A stretch of DNA of 63,484 bases, filler included, from Craspedostauros australis (taxonomy: Eukaryota): NCBI GenBank assembly GCA_030167865.1. It is 8 parts of 8 records of this genome, joined end to end, with 100 filler letters (N's around TTAATTAATTAA, not from the genome) between each part and the next. Parts side by side here need not be neighbours in the genome. Positions count along the whole stretch, not along the records: positions 10,478 to 15,898 come from JALAGF010001832.1; positions 15,999 to 20,032 come from JALAGF010001833.1; positions 20,133 to 38,704 come from JALAGF010001834.1; 5 more parts are not named here. The stretch is one strand, 5' to 3'. Positions within the stretch are counted from its first letter, which is position 1; each line of letters starts with the position of its first letter. A program made the translations under genes and the position numbers. Of the stretch, positions 10,478-22,613 are shown piece after piece. Below the pieces are notes generated by a model. That model was not told the DNA's origin, ran no database searches, and saw only the letters and a list, made by a program, of their open reading frames with translations.

Positions 10478-13246
10478 CATATGATGATGGAATGAGGAAT
10501 CAGAGAACGCATGGAAGAGAGCAGCTGACGTTGACAGGATGTCATTGTGTCACCACATCAATAGCTGTCTCAACATCCGGCAGAGAACAAGGAAGATTCA
10601 ATGACGATTGGTCATCGAGATCTTGAAAGGTCAAGAAGGAGTTCGGAATTAGACAAAAGCGCCTACACGTGCGCATGGTAGTATGCTCATGGAAGATAAG
10701 GTGATGAACAATGAATNNNNNNNNNNNNNNNNNNNNNNNNNNNNNNNNNNNNNNNNNNNNNNNNNNNNNNNNNNNNNNNNNNNNNNNNNNNNNNNNNNNN
10801 NNNNNTCTGCATCTGACTCATGGTTGGTTTGGATCAACAGACAGGACATCCAGGAGCACTGGAGTCAACACCAAGAGTATTGGTTTCTATGTAATGAAAT
10901 AGCAAACAAAATCAAGATCAACCACCACCACCATCTTCATCGCAAGCAACAGCAAGTGTACCAATATTGGGGCTTGCCAACAAGCACATGCCGAACACAA
11001 CAATGCTTATGTTTGGAATAAACGCCATGATCATTGCAAGTTGGCAGTTGTTGGCTGGCTGTGATACACATGGGCNATGCATAGAATTGGCTATCTTGAT
11101 GTTGCCATCACCTCCAACAAAGCGGATGGAGACTGCATTGTTGGATGTGCGTCTTTGGATGGGTATCATCGGAAGTGTGGCTGAATGTGTTCAGCAGATA
11201 GTTGTTCCAAGCACTATACAGAGCATGGGTTGGTCCTTTTGTTAGTGCAAGCCTCTGCATAGTTGGACTCAATGACAGCATCGATACCATCTTCTGTGTC
11301 GATGCCAATCCTGATGTTGGTGTTGGCATGGTTGATGGCGATGGCGCTGTGTCACCGTTCACATCAGAGGGACACTTCTGTCCTTGTTTTGTTGGGATTT
11401 TGTGGAAACAATTTTGTCAATTTTTTGTAATACTTGGTATTATGGCGGTAGTACTTGCAATCAACGACAACAATACGGAGCATACGATAGTCCTATCGAC
11501 ATGATATCATGAAGGTATCGGTCGGAATCGTCGTTCTGTTACGACAACGGAGTTCGTCGCCTCAAGATACTCATTCGGAGATACTGCACGCAAAAATTGC
11601 ATTTTATTTGCTCAATACGTGATTTCTGCGAAAGTGTCAAAATTGTTCAAATCCTCGTGCAAAACCAACCACGCAATCCCACCATCTCTGTCAGCGCTCA
11701 CAACGAGAATCGATCTGGCATGGAACAGATCATCTGCGTCACACGGTTCCAAATGAGAACTCCAAGCGCAACAAAGCTCGGGAGAAATGACCCAAACTCC
11801 CCTCAATTCACCCTTCAATGGGATGGCTTGCTCGTGCCAGTGATAAAGTCTAAGCCATTTGATTGGCTGGAGTCGCCAGCCACGCCAAAAAATAGCCACT
11901 CGAACCCCTCCATTTTCCCGACCCAGATCGTGACTCTGTTCTGCTTGAGCTATGGCGTGACACTTCTCTGTTAAGTTGGACTTAACACAGTAGTTGGTGA
12001 TCCTTGATGTTAAGCACATGTGTTGTTTATGCCCAAGAGTCATTTATCATCTGATTAAGTGTGGCTGCGCAAAGACCAAAGCAGGATAAACCCGAAGAGC
12101 GGCGGCTGTGCAAGTCGTTTTCTTCACCTGGCACAGTGCCATTCGTCGTGTTGCGAGGAGTGGGAATCGAAAGGCTCCTTCCTTATCGTCTTCGGATGGC
12201 AATCTGCATGCCACGCGACACATGCCGAAGGCAATGAAAGAAGTTGTGCTTGAACGGTGCGTTTCCTCACACACCAACTCCTCGAGCACAACCGCACGCG
12301 GAATGTGCGCGATCGTTGGTGGTGAGAGGAGTTCCACTCCTTCATGGCGAGGCTCCAAGGAGGAGTTGATGACCCGAACGGAGGAAAAAACATTTGCGGA
12401 AAGGAAGAGATGTTCCTCGATGTAAGCGTTAAAGGGCCCAAGACAATACTGAATCAATTCTCTCTGTGTTGCCGAATCGGACGTCGAAGTTCTGACAGAA
12501 AACGTTTGAAGTGTTTTATTGCCTCTCCCAAGACTTCGTACAGCTTGATCCTATTACGAGAAGATATCTGCTCTCAGCCAGGGTCCACAAAGAAGTCTGG
12601 ATACAACTTGAGTGCAGCGTAGAAACGGATGGTTTTGCATGCTGGTGTCCCACACGAGCTAGGTTGTACTCGAACAGCTCCCTCCACTCGTATTGGCACA
12701 GCGAAGTTGCCACATGGTTCAGTTTGATTTCACCAACAACAAGAAACGTTATTGGGCCAACGTCAAATTAGGCTGTCCTGATTGAAAGGAATCCGGTAAA
12801 TTTAAATGGACTAAGTTAAGTATGTCCGTCTTACGTCTGGTCTTTCGTATCGAGTCGCGAGCGTGATTGAAACGAAGTTGGAATTATAAGTATTTATATC
12901 AATTTACCGCTTCTTACGATAGGCTATTCGGAAACTGTGATCTGAATACTGTTGCGGGACACGCTAATTCAAATTAGTGCGGAATGCTTTCCGGATCCAG
13001 ACGAAGCGGAGGACCTGCACTCCAACGAAAGACACTGGTACATCGTAGGGAAGCTACCCCTTCTATTGTCTTAATACCATATGCGTCATGCTTGAGGGAT
13101 GGTCCCAGACCCTGCAGAGGGGGTAACAACGTACCAATGCGAGTTGCGAGTGAACACATCCAAGCTCAGTAGATCTCGATCGCCACTGATGTACAATTTC
13201 TAACCACAAGTACCTACGTATGTTATGATACATTCCTGCCGTCTCC

Positions 13247-15898
13247 TTACATTGCATCCAAATTGATCTCTGCCATGAGCTTGTGCACTGTTGCCAAGCA
13301 CATGCGTGTGTCCGCCGTGTGTCGGGTTGTTCGTCGCTTCCGTCGCTGGCCGCCGCCTTCCCCATTATCACCGTCGACGCCGCCTTCCAGCATGCTTCGG
13401 TCAACAAGGCCAGGATGCTTCTCCAGCAGCTGCTCCACTTTTGCCTTTGCTCCCCACTCGTTGTACAACGAGATGGCATTTCCCAGATATTGTCGTGGCC
13501 AGTAGAAGTCGGTGCCGTCATCAAAGGCGGTCCCATTCTCGCAAACGGAGCTGCTGCTCTGCCCGACGGACAGTTTGTCGCTTGTTGGGAACGTGGGTTT
13601 GCTGCTGCTGCTGCTGCTGCTGTTGCTGCCCTTTCCGTCTCTCGAGTTAACTGTGCCACTTGGCGCCGAGATCTTCAGGAGGAAGTATTCGGCGGCAAGC
13701 TCGTTTGCCAGCGCCGTCTCATGGATGAAGCCGGAGCGGGCTGTGGTCGATATGGCCTTGTCATAGGCAGCCTTGATGACATCTTCCGATTCCTTGCCCG
13801 TTGCTGCCATTGCGTCAGCCTGCATGATCATGTATCGATGCAGGTTGTTGCCGCCTCGCAGCTCGATGGTGGATTTCATATCACCAACGTACTGCTGTGC
13901 CTGACGGCTGTACTTCCTTCGTTTTCTCTTGTTCTTGGTTCGCTGGGCCAGCCTGGACAAGACCAGTCCGCTGTGGAACAGTCACATTGCTGCCACAAGG
14001 TATGCGTTGTTGGTTTTGGCAAGAAAAAGAAGAGGTGCAATGTATCCCTTCCCAGCTTCGATGTCACCAAAATAGGTTGCCAGCCCGATCCGGCTGCAGT
14101 AGTAGTAGGCCCAGCTGATGTAGTTCGAAAGCTTGATCTCCTTCAATGGTGTGATGTCGAATGACTCTTTCCAGCTCTTCTCGGGATGGGCCGCTACAGT
14201 AGACGGTATTCCCATGAGCGTCTCTGCCATATCTTGCCATGGCGAGAACGTATCGAGCGTGGCCTGGAGGTTGTAGTGCTCCACCTGTGTGATGCATGTT
14301 CTGCCGGTCTTCTGCAACTGGGCGAGAGGCAATCCGCACAGTTGAGCATGCATCAAGCTCCCAATCCAACATCGATATGATAGTTCGACGTTGCCTGTTT
14401 CCATTCCAGCCTGCTGACCTTGTCGATATTGATCCAAGCAAACGTGGACAGGCTCCTTCCAAGACGTTATGAAGAGTGTCACGGTGATGCTGTAGATGCT
14501 CATGATATGCTTGGATGGTAGTCGATCCATGAGTTGTCGTGATAGTCCACACAGCCGCTTTGATAGTTCTACATTCTTGAAAACGCTGATCGCGATGGAA
14601 CCAGCTGCGGTGAGTGCGTATGCTCCTTCAGCACACAGGCCGTGCTTCAGCATCAATCTGATTTGCCGAACCATAGCTAGTATCATGGTTCCCTTGCAGC
14701 CAGCATGATACGCTACATCAATGAGGAAGAATAAGATCGTCATTGTCATCTTGATCTTGGGGTCAGTCATTTGGGGAAGGTTCAGCACATGCTCATCAGT
14801 GTGCTTTGCGAAGTACTTCTTCACCTTGCTGAAGTCTCTCAATGCCAGCAAGAGATGATTCCTCATCGGAAACGTCCCCAGCATCTTCAAGGACTGGAGA
14901 TCCAACTTCATGGCCTCCCCCGATCTCTCCAACCGGCTCAGTGCCATCACCAACGATGAATTCACTTGGATGACATTCTCGATGGAGTCGCCAGAGTTGT
15001 CGATGACGGCGCGGCACAGCATTGATCCCTTCTCGTAATTGCCGAGCGTCAGCTCCACCTCGGATAGACTGCGGTACACCTCCATGCACAGGTCGTACTG
15101 TGTCCTCCATGGATCAGCGATCTTGATTTCTAGATTCATCAAGGCTCGATTCAGGTACTTCGCCGCCGGGACGAACGCAGCCATGCCAACGGCAAGCAGC
15201 CCAACCTTCAGATTCAGCCTGATGAGATCAATTGGTGGGATGATAGCTTCCGATGCTGTGAGTAAGGACACGTTCTCCAGATGATCCGCAGCGACAAATC
15301 ACATCCAGTCTTCGCCCAGTTCGGGGTCGCTCGCGATTTCGATTAGATACTTGCCGATTCGGTGCTTCATGCGATCTAGTTCGTCGCCTGGAGGGATCAA
15401 CGAAAAGGCTGCCTGCTGCACTCGATCATGGACGAAGCGGAATGTCACATCGCTTCTGTCTGTGTACATGATGCCGGAAGAGGCGCTCACATCTGGGCCA
15501 ACGTTGGAGCTTCCAACGTTTGGGCTGTGGTCATTCCCTGAATATGTGATATGAACATCATGAACCGGTCCCTTGCTTGTCCCATTATCATCCGAGCTGA
15601 CCCGTTGCAGAAGCTCCTCCTTGACTGCCAGATCCAGCACATCATCAACACTCATCTTCGTCAAAGATGCTGTTGCTGCTGTACCAGCGCCAGCGCCAGC
15701 ATTACTATCAACATACTGATGCCGATGCTGGTCCTCCATTTCATACTCGATCAACAGCTCCAACACTGACTGACGGAACGTTGATCGAAGAAACGAGGCC
15801 ATTTGCAAGCACTTCTGCAGATCCTGTGGCAGCGAATGCAGCTTCGATGTGATCAGATCAACCACGTTGGCGGCCATGTCGATCTCATCAGCTGCCCG
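13247..15898 (-). pseudogene. C-terminal part of a STAND/AAA_16 ATPase-TPR signalling protein (bacterial multi-sensor-kinase-like family, expanded in diatoms) with two in-frame TGA codons
   Basis: Three ORFs in one frame are separated only by TGA at 15299-15301 and 13982-13984. Motifs: NVVDLITSKL..LP, FRFVHDRVQQAAFSLIP, AAFVPAAKYL, GMETGNVE, ARSGFIHETALANELA, YNEWGAKAKVEQL. The 5' part is cut by the spacer. Confidence 0.85.
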
Positions 15899-15998
15899 NN
15901 NNNNNNNNNNNNNNNNNNNNNNNNNNNNNNNNNNNNNNNNNNTTAATTAATTAANNNNNNNNNNNNNNNNNNNNNNNNNNNNNNNNNNNNNNNNNNNN
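15899..15998. other. Artificial contig-joining spacer
   Basis: 44N-TTAATTAATTAA-44N. Confidence 0.98.
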
Positions 15999-16442
15999 AT
16001 CATTGGTGTTTCGTGACGAAGTATCCAATTTCGTGACGTCGATGACGGATTGGACAAGCACATGGTGTAAGTAACGTAAACGTGGATTCACCGCTTCCCC
16101 CAACATTCTACAACTAGTGCTATCGTGGATGGACTGTTGGATGGTCTCATCCGAACACCTGAAAAAGAGACTAAACAATTCAAAATCGGAACAAAGTTGC
16201 TGAAACAAAGAACAGCAAAAGGTTAAATTGGATCGATGTAGTCGGAGGAAAAAGGCTGAGTCCCTAAAGCAGTCTAAAAATGCTCACATTGACGGGTCCA
16301 TAAAACTTAAAATAGGATCTAACTTAAAAATCNNNNGGTTAATTATTTATATGGAGATTACGAGGATTACGAATATGTGCTTTGTTTGGATATCGGAGAC
16401 AAATGTTATTGAGTCCCATGACAAAGTGCAGGTCGACTCACT
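15999..16442. mobile_element. AT-rich putative DNA-transposon end, related to 9011-9152
   Basis: Shares CATAAAACTTAAAATA and a terminal GTCGACTCACT at the same spacing, plus intervening patches, with 9011-9152. It sits at a contig edge. Confidence 0.55.
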
Positions 16443-16645
16443 GATCGGGCTCATACAAGCATGTGCCATAGTCGTACGACTACACGTGCCCCACACAGAC
16501 AGGAACATGGTGAAGGTTTGAATCAGTTTGTCGCGCTTTTGCATCCAAACCCAAAGACAACCCCCTGACATTCCATAAAATCGCAAGTCATCACTCACAT
16601 TCGCACACCCTCGAACACACAAATAGACATATTGCGTGCACAACC

Positions 16646-17680
16646 ATGGAGGCCGTCACTCAAGCCCTGCACTTGAACAACCAAGGCGTGTCGTACCTAC
16701 AGCAGCGTGATGATCAGCTCGCGTTGATCTGCTTCTCCAAGTCCATCCAGATCCTCAAGCGACTTCAGGCGTGGAAGGGCAGCGACAGGCCCAATGGCCA
16801 CAGCACCCAGCCTGGGGGCGGCCAGCGCCCAGTTCAGATGCAGCAGTCGCAAACGCAAACGCAGTCGCAGCCAGCGATTGACACGTTCGGCGCCAAGCAC
16901 TTCGACGATACCATGTCGCAATCAAGCACTGACGATGATCATTATCATCACCATCGACAACTGCAACAGCAGCAGCAACAGCAGCAACAACAGCAACAAT
17001 ACAGCAGCTTCCGTCATCAACAACAACAACAACCTCATGCATACATGATCAGCAACAGCACATACCTGCAATGCGCCCCCATCCCTGGCTTTGGAGATGA
17101 AGAGGAAGACTTCGAGAACTGTCACCGCGCAGAGTACGGTTGCGGATCTGATGCGTCAGGGCAGGGATACGTGGTTCCATTCGCACTCACTATCGTCGCG
17201 AGGCCAGACTTCAGAGCAATAACCACAGCAGCCACTGCCTCTTCTGCAGATCACACCTCAGGTTGCGGCGAGCTTTCGTCTCTGTGCGTGTACAGCTCGG
17301 CGGTGGTTTGGAACATCGCCCTCCTCCACCACAATCAGGCGAGACGGTCGGCCGATTCGACAAAGTACCAGAAGGCCATGCAGATGTACAGCATCGTCAA
17401 CAAGTGCCTGCAAACCTCGGTGGATGAGATCCCCTCGTGCGTGTGTCTCATGCTGAGAATCTGCACCCTCAACAACATGGCCTGCCTTTACGATGGTGGT
17501 TCCAGGGGGGATGAAGGAGCCCACTCGTTCTCGGCGCAGGCATTCCGAATCATCGCAACGCTGTTCAACCGCGGCAGACCTTTCACGAAGCTGATGTTCG
17601 GTTCACGCGCCGTGCAGCGGATCCTGGACAACGTTGTCGAAGCTGGTCAGCCAGCAACCAAGGGAGCGGCTGCCGCATAG
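16646..17680 (+). CDS. Diatom-expanded TPR-like helical protein of unknown function with a poly-Q insert
   Basis: 344-aa ORF with an accATGG start. Family-typical motifs: LNNQGVSYL, SAVVWNIALLHH, KAMQMY, TLNNMA, and a C-terminal AAAA. Confidence 0.8.
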   Translation: MEAVTQALHLNNQGVSYLQQRDDQLALICFSKSIQILKRLQAWKGSDRPNGHSTQPGGGQRPVQMQQSQTQTQSQPAIDTFGAKHFDDTMSQSSTDDDHYHHHRQLQQQQQQQQQQQQYSSFRHQQQQQPHAYMISNSTYLQCAPIPGFGDEEEDFENCHRAEYGCGSDASGQGYVVPFALTIVARPDFRAITTAATASSADHTSGCGELSSLCVYSSAVVWNIALLHHNQARRSADSTKYQKAMQMYSIVNKCLQTSVDEIPSCVCLMLRICTLNNMACLYDGGSRGDEGAHSFSAQAFRIIATLFNRGRPFTKLMFGSRAVQRILDNVVEAGQPATKGAAAA

Positions 17681-19554
17681 CGTGGCGCAACGTACTCGTG
17701 CATGCGCCAAAGGGGCTCAAGAACGAACGGCATGCTTGTTTCAACCTACTCCTTTCAGTAACCTAGATAGCTTTCGGATCATACTCGCACATTGTCCTGC
17801 ATGAGCTCAAACGATTATCGGTAACAGGCTGCATACGGAGGATAGCAACCGATGACGACAGCTTGCGTTGCGAAGATAACGACGGACATCCAGGATTGCC
17901 GAACCTCGCCACCCCATCTTTCGCTGCATCTCTGCTTCGCCCGTTGCCGTATTCGCAAAGGTCAGATGATCATTCGACTTTCGGCGCAGATCGAAGGCAA
18001 GCAGTTAGGTCGCATGCTGTTTCCAGTGCTCTGAAATTGCCCAGCTCCATTCCTGTTTCGACGGCACAGTGTGTCGAGTTGGGTAGTTGCAGATGGTTTC
18101 GTCGCTCGCAGAGACGCATCTTCACAGGAGTGTCCGAAGCATCCCAGGTGAGACCACGGGCTGGCCAAAGGAGAGGTGAGAATCTCGATCGTTGTGTCGC
18201 CAGGAACAGTCACCGTCACCCACAATTCCCTTGATTTTGTTCGGGTTGAGCGATGGCAGAGCATTGTCCCATACGAGGACAATACTAATCACCCTTGCGT
18301 GCTCCGTCCTGTTCTACGAGCACGGTGGAAGAACCATGCTCACGCACAAAACCATACCTTCGAGTATGGCTATACCTGTGGCAGACCCATTGTTCTTCCT
18401 TCGTCAGACCCGACAATGCTACCATAAGCTGCTCTACCAATGTCTCCATATGCATATGTCTATGGTAAACAACATACGCGTAGAGTAGCAACCCGAATAC
18501 GTACGATTCAAGGGTCGACCTCTCGCAACAACGCTGCGAGGAATGATGTGTGTCCGTGGGTATAGAACTATGCATCATAGCACAATGCATCACGAAGTGA
18601 TCGTTGTGTGCGCTGGCGGCACGATCCAATACCTATGGGAAAGTGAGTGTGCGAGTACGAGTGCGACTACGAGTCGCCATCCTTCACCACATGCACATGC
18701 ACAAGCACAAGCACGAACACAACCACGAACACGAGTACGAGTGCGGCAGACAAAATGCAAGTAATTGATCCGCCTTCGACGGCACCAGCGCTCAATCTGA
18801 GATTCATGATGTGCTCACACTATTGAATCGTCTTGCACTCGATTCGAAGCGCAGCGCAGCGCTGACGATGGTGACGGAGACGGAGATGGAGGTGGCACAG
18901 ACAGTCACCTTCGTCGCTACGAATAGGTCCGGGAGTTTCGTATTTTGCCAAACAGAGAGAAGTCCCAGCAAGTCGAATACACTTCAGGAAGCGCTGCTCC
19001 TCCGTCCACTTAAGGTGGTTGCAAGGGTAAAGATGATTCTTCCTTTTCGTGGAGTCAGAACAGGAAGCTTCGCTCAAGGTTGGTGGATGAGTAGCACGAC
19101 TTCGTTTGTTGTTGAACCACCTTTTGTTCGTTGAGATACGAGCATTTGGACGGACACTCAAGCAGAAAGGTGAAGCTGGAGGCAACTCGCTCTATTTGGT
19201 CCATGGACGCCACAAACGCAATTGTTACTTCCCCCCTTGTCCTTGGCTGAGCCGCATCACCACTGCCGCTCATGCAGCACGCTCGATTTGTTGTCGTACG
19301 AGCTACGACCTCAACGTTATTGGTAGAATTACCGTGCTCCGATCTGGGAACGGTGCAACTTGACGGCCGTCAGCATTCTCTTCGTTTCTGAAACGAAGAA
19401 AACCTCTGACCAGCGACACATGGTCAACGAACGCAGGATCTTTCGAACAGAAGCCGTCCGCGTCGTTGTCATCCACGCCCGTGATAGGAGTAAAAAGCTG
19501 TCACAGTGTTCGGAATCGCGACACACACCTCTGAACGTCGACCACGAGAAGGTC

Positions 19555-20032
19555 TAGTGCCTCAAACAAACGGACCCCAAAAATTGGCGATTATTGGCGA
19601 TTATTGGCTACAGTTGGCTACAGATTTTGGATCAGTTTTTCCCAAACTCCGCCTTCGTTTCATAGACACTCAATCCAACATCTCTTCACATCTACGTAAA
19701 CTTAAGAGCCAGGGCTATCCAGGCAAGTGTTAACATTATAATGTTGTTACTACCATCTCGTCGATCTTGATGTGTTTGTTGACCCCCTTGGTGTGGTTTT
19801 GCCTTCGGACGAAGGACGGACCGGGTTTTCATTGGCTACAATTGGCTACAAGTAGGATTCTACAGGGGTCCGGTAGGATCTGGCCTCTTTTTTCCGAGAA
19901 GTTCGACCCTCCATCTTTGAAGTCTCCGCGCTGAGCATTCTTTGGCTAAATCTGTACAATAGATATCATTTCAGAATCCTCTCTCCGAGGCGGTCACAAC
20001 TATATGATCTATATTATGTTTGAGTGCGATGG
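19555..20032 (+). mobile_element. hAT-like DNA transposon terminus with 10-bp subterminal repeats
   Basis: Starts TAGTGCCTC (YARNG-type). TTGGCGATTA x2 and TTGGCTACAG x2 at 19584-19623; TTGGCTACAA x2 at 19832-19851. Matches the motif set at 63196-63259 and runs into the contig end. Confidence 0.55.
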
Positions 20033-20132
20033 NNNNNNNNNNNNNNNNNNNNNNNNNNNNNNNNNNNNNNNNNNNNTTAATTAATTAANNNNNNNNNNNN
20101 NNNNNNNNNNNNNNNNNNNNNNNNNNNNNNNN
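20033..20132. other. Artificial contig-joining spacer
   Basis: 44N-TTAATTAATTAA-44N. Confidence 0.98.
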
Positions 20133-20977
20133 ATGTATGACGGATCATCAGATGAGGAAGCATGAGAGAGCATCATTCCGCACGTACCTGCACCTGTACC
20201 AGTGCCAACAGCAATATCAATAGCAAAAGCAACAACAATAGCAACATCGGCGGGTACAATCTTCAAGGGACCCAGAGGCTCTGCTGTAGCCTTTAGATGT
20301 CTATCAATTCGATTACTATTTAGATTTATTTAGAACAAGTAGTTGCGCAACAAGTAAAGGGACATCCTATTCTCTCTCTCTCTCTCTTTTGGTATTGTGT
20401 GTTCGTATCACGCGAAATTCTGTACTTGATATGTACTCTATATTCAATACATACTCCATTGTCTCGTCCTCTACTGGCCCACTACTCCATGAGTAATCGC
20501 CAGTCTCTCATCCAAACTCCTCCTTGTATATCCACGATCTTGATGCTGCTCCGGTCATAGAATCTTCGCCTTCTTGATCTGATGTAGAGACAGCTGTTGA
20601 CATGGTGACACAATGGCATTGTGTCAGTGTCAGCTGTTGCTACCTTCCATGGTCCTTCAGATTCCATATTCCATTGATGATACAGTGGTCTGGCAAGGAT
20701 ATTGTTATATGAGGTTTAGTTGGGAAGTACATGAATCCTTGCTTGATGCCATTCGTTTCTGTTGGTTGATGGATGGACTGGATTCCTGATGCTCTCAGAA
20801 ATGGCTGTTCACAACTTCCCTTCCGACATTCTGGATGTTTTGGTGTGTCCAAATTCGTGATGTGACTTTGATCAATCACAGATCATTCATGACACGAATA
20901 TGGTTGTGCCGCTTGCACATAGAGTAAAAGAGAACAATGGGTGAGCGATGCACATACACATATGCATATTCTGATAT

Positions 20978-21082
20978 GGCGCTCTGAACAAGTCCATAGA
21001 TTGGCTTGTGTAGGGTCAGGGTTTTGTCTGCTTGATGATCCATCCCGTCAGGACAGTTCATGTAGATCTCCTCATCGAGGTC
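20978..21082 (-). mobile_element. Copia reverse-transcriptase relic
   Basis: DLDEEIYMNCPDGM...TLTLHKPIYGLVQSA is the RVT_2 core motif, embedded in degenerate CpG-poor sequence (20133-21800). Confidence 0.8.
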
Positions 21083-22159
21083 TGTCAGGAATTGAGGGTA
21101 CGACTTTGTCAATATACCCATGATTGCCGCACCTCCCAATACTATCAATCACCACTGAATAAAATTGACTCTTGCTGATCACACCCGTGACCCATCGCAG
21201 ACGTGTCCACTCTCAACCGTACCAAGAAAGACAGCCTGTCCTCCATTAGTCTGAGAACCATGACAACGCAAAACAGCAGGTCCCAACACGAACTGACAAA
21301 ACTACAACCTAGTCCATGATGTCAGATCAGAAGGGTCGCAGGGGCAGTGGGTAGGAGTTGTATCCCACCTGAAGAAACAGAAACCTACATGTAGGGGACG
21401 CAACACGTGCTCATGACAGACAAGATCAATCGTATGATTGAACAATCAGAAAGATTCAGAAAACAATTAGAACCGATCCATCCTAAAACAGGTGGAATCA
21501 AAGATGCCGCAGGATCAAGATGAAACCTAAGACGAGATCGATGCATGACTGCGGAACGTACCGCATGAATGTAGACAAGAACAAATATGTAGATATGTAC
21601 AATGAGATGCCATGATGAAGGCACCATGAAATACACATGACGATGTGTGAGGCAGGTCATGATGACAACCAGAGATAGCAACCATGAATACAGCAGTATT
21701 TCACAATGCTGCTACGGAAGATGCCTGCAATGAAATTGGAATTGAATGAGATGATGAGATCGAGCTCACAGTTCTAAAATGGTACGATCTAATAACAGTT
21801 TAGATTAATACTACTTTAACCCTGGATTTCCAACATGCACACGCCAGACTAACAGTGCTGACATCTGAAACCAAAGTGACATGCGTCGATTCTGGTCTCC
21901 ACAGCAAAGCGGCTTCGATATTCGATGCAGTGCGCAGATCCTGCCAGCACACGAGCATGGAATCCATAGTGGATACATAGGAGTATGGTACAAGCAAGTT
22001 GTGAGCATGGACCGTCGCGACAGGAACTATGATGATGCGAAGGCGGGGCTGATAAGAAGACCAACAACGTGCGACACGCCGCCCAAAACAACCAAAGCGT
22101 TGGTGTTGGGTCGTGTCAAACATTAGTATTGGCAAAAATCTTGCCAGGTAGCACAACAA

Positions 22160-22239
22160 GACACTATGGCCGAGTGGTCTAAGGCGCTGTGTTCAGGTCG
22201 CAGTCTTAATTGGCGTGGGTTCAAATCCCACTGGTGTCA
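22160..22239 (+). tRNA. tRNA-Leu (anticodon CAG)
   Basis: Acceptor stem GACACTA/TGGTGTC+A; D arm TGGCCGAGTGGTCTAAGGC; anticodon stem CTGTG/CGCAG with loop TTCAGGT; extended variable region; T arm GTGGG-TTCAAAT-CCCAC; followed by a TTTT Pol III terminator. Confidence 0.95.
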
Positions 22240-22613
22240 TCTTTTGTTGCTCGGTTTGACTTCACCAAACTCACACAAACACGTCAGTCGATTCCTTTTT
22301 GCTGTTCTTAGGTTGATCGAATGGGTCCATCATGTGACGGCGTGAGACTCATAACCGGTCATCATCTCCAACCAATCCTCTTCGTTTTGGGTTGTCGACA
22401 ACCAACAAACAACTCACCACCAATCCGCAACACACACACACATCACAAACCACAACACAAGCCAACCGCGTCGAACCAGATCCACCCAAGGTGTCAGAGC
22501 GATCCTGCGAGCCACTGCACGGAGCACTGATTGCCGCCACAAGACTTCACAGCACCCCCGTCACCTCACACCTCTCAACGCCGCCTCGCATCGCTCCATA
22601 GAACTACACAACC

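Noticed and set aside
11765..11800. KLGRNDP resembling a SEC-C motif
   Set aside because: The required CPCGS cysteines are absent.
13982..15301. Alternative genetic code or selenoprotein (TGA sense)
   Set aside because: TGA terminates intact genes in this window, the positions are not Cys-like catalytic sites, and no SECIS was recognised.
20133..20490. Possible solo LTR at the contig start
   Set aside because: No second copy, PBS, PPT or TSD can be demonstrated in the window.
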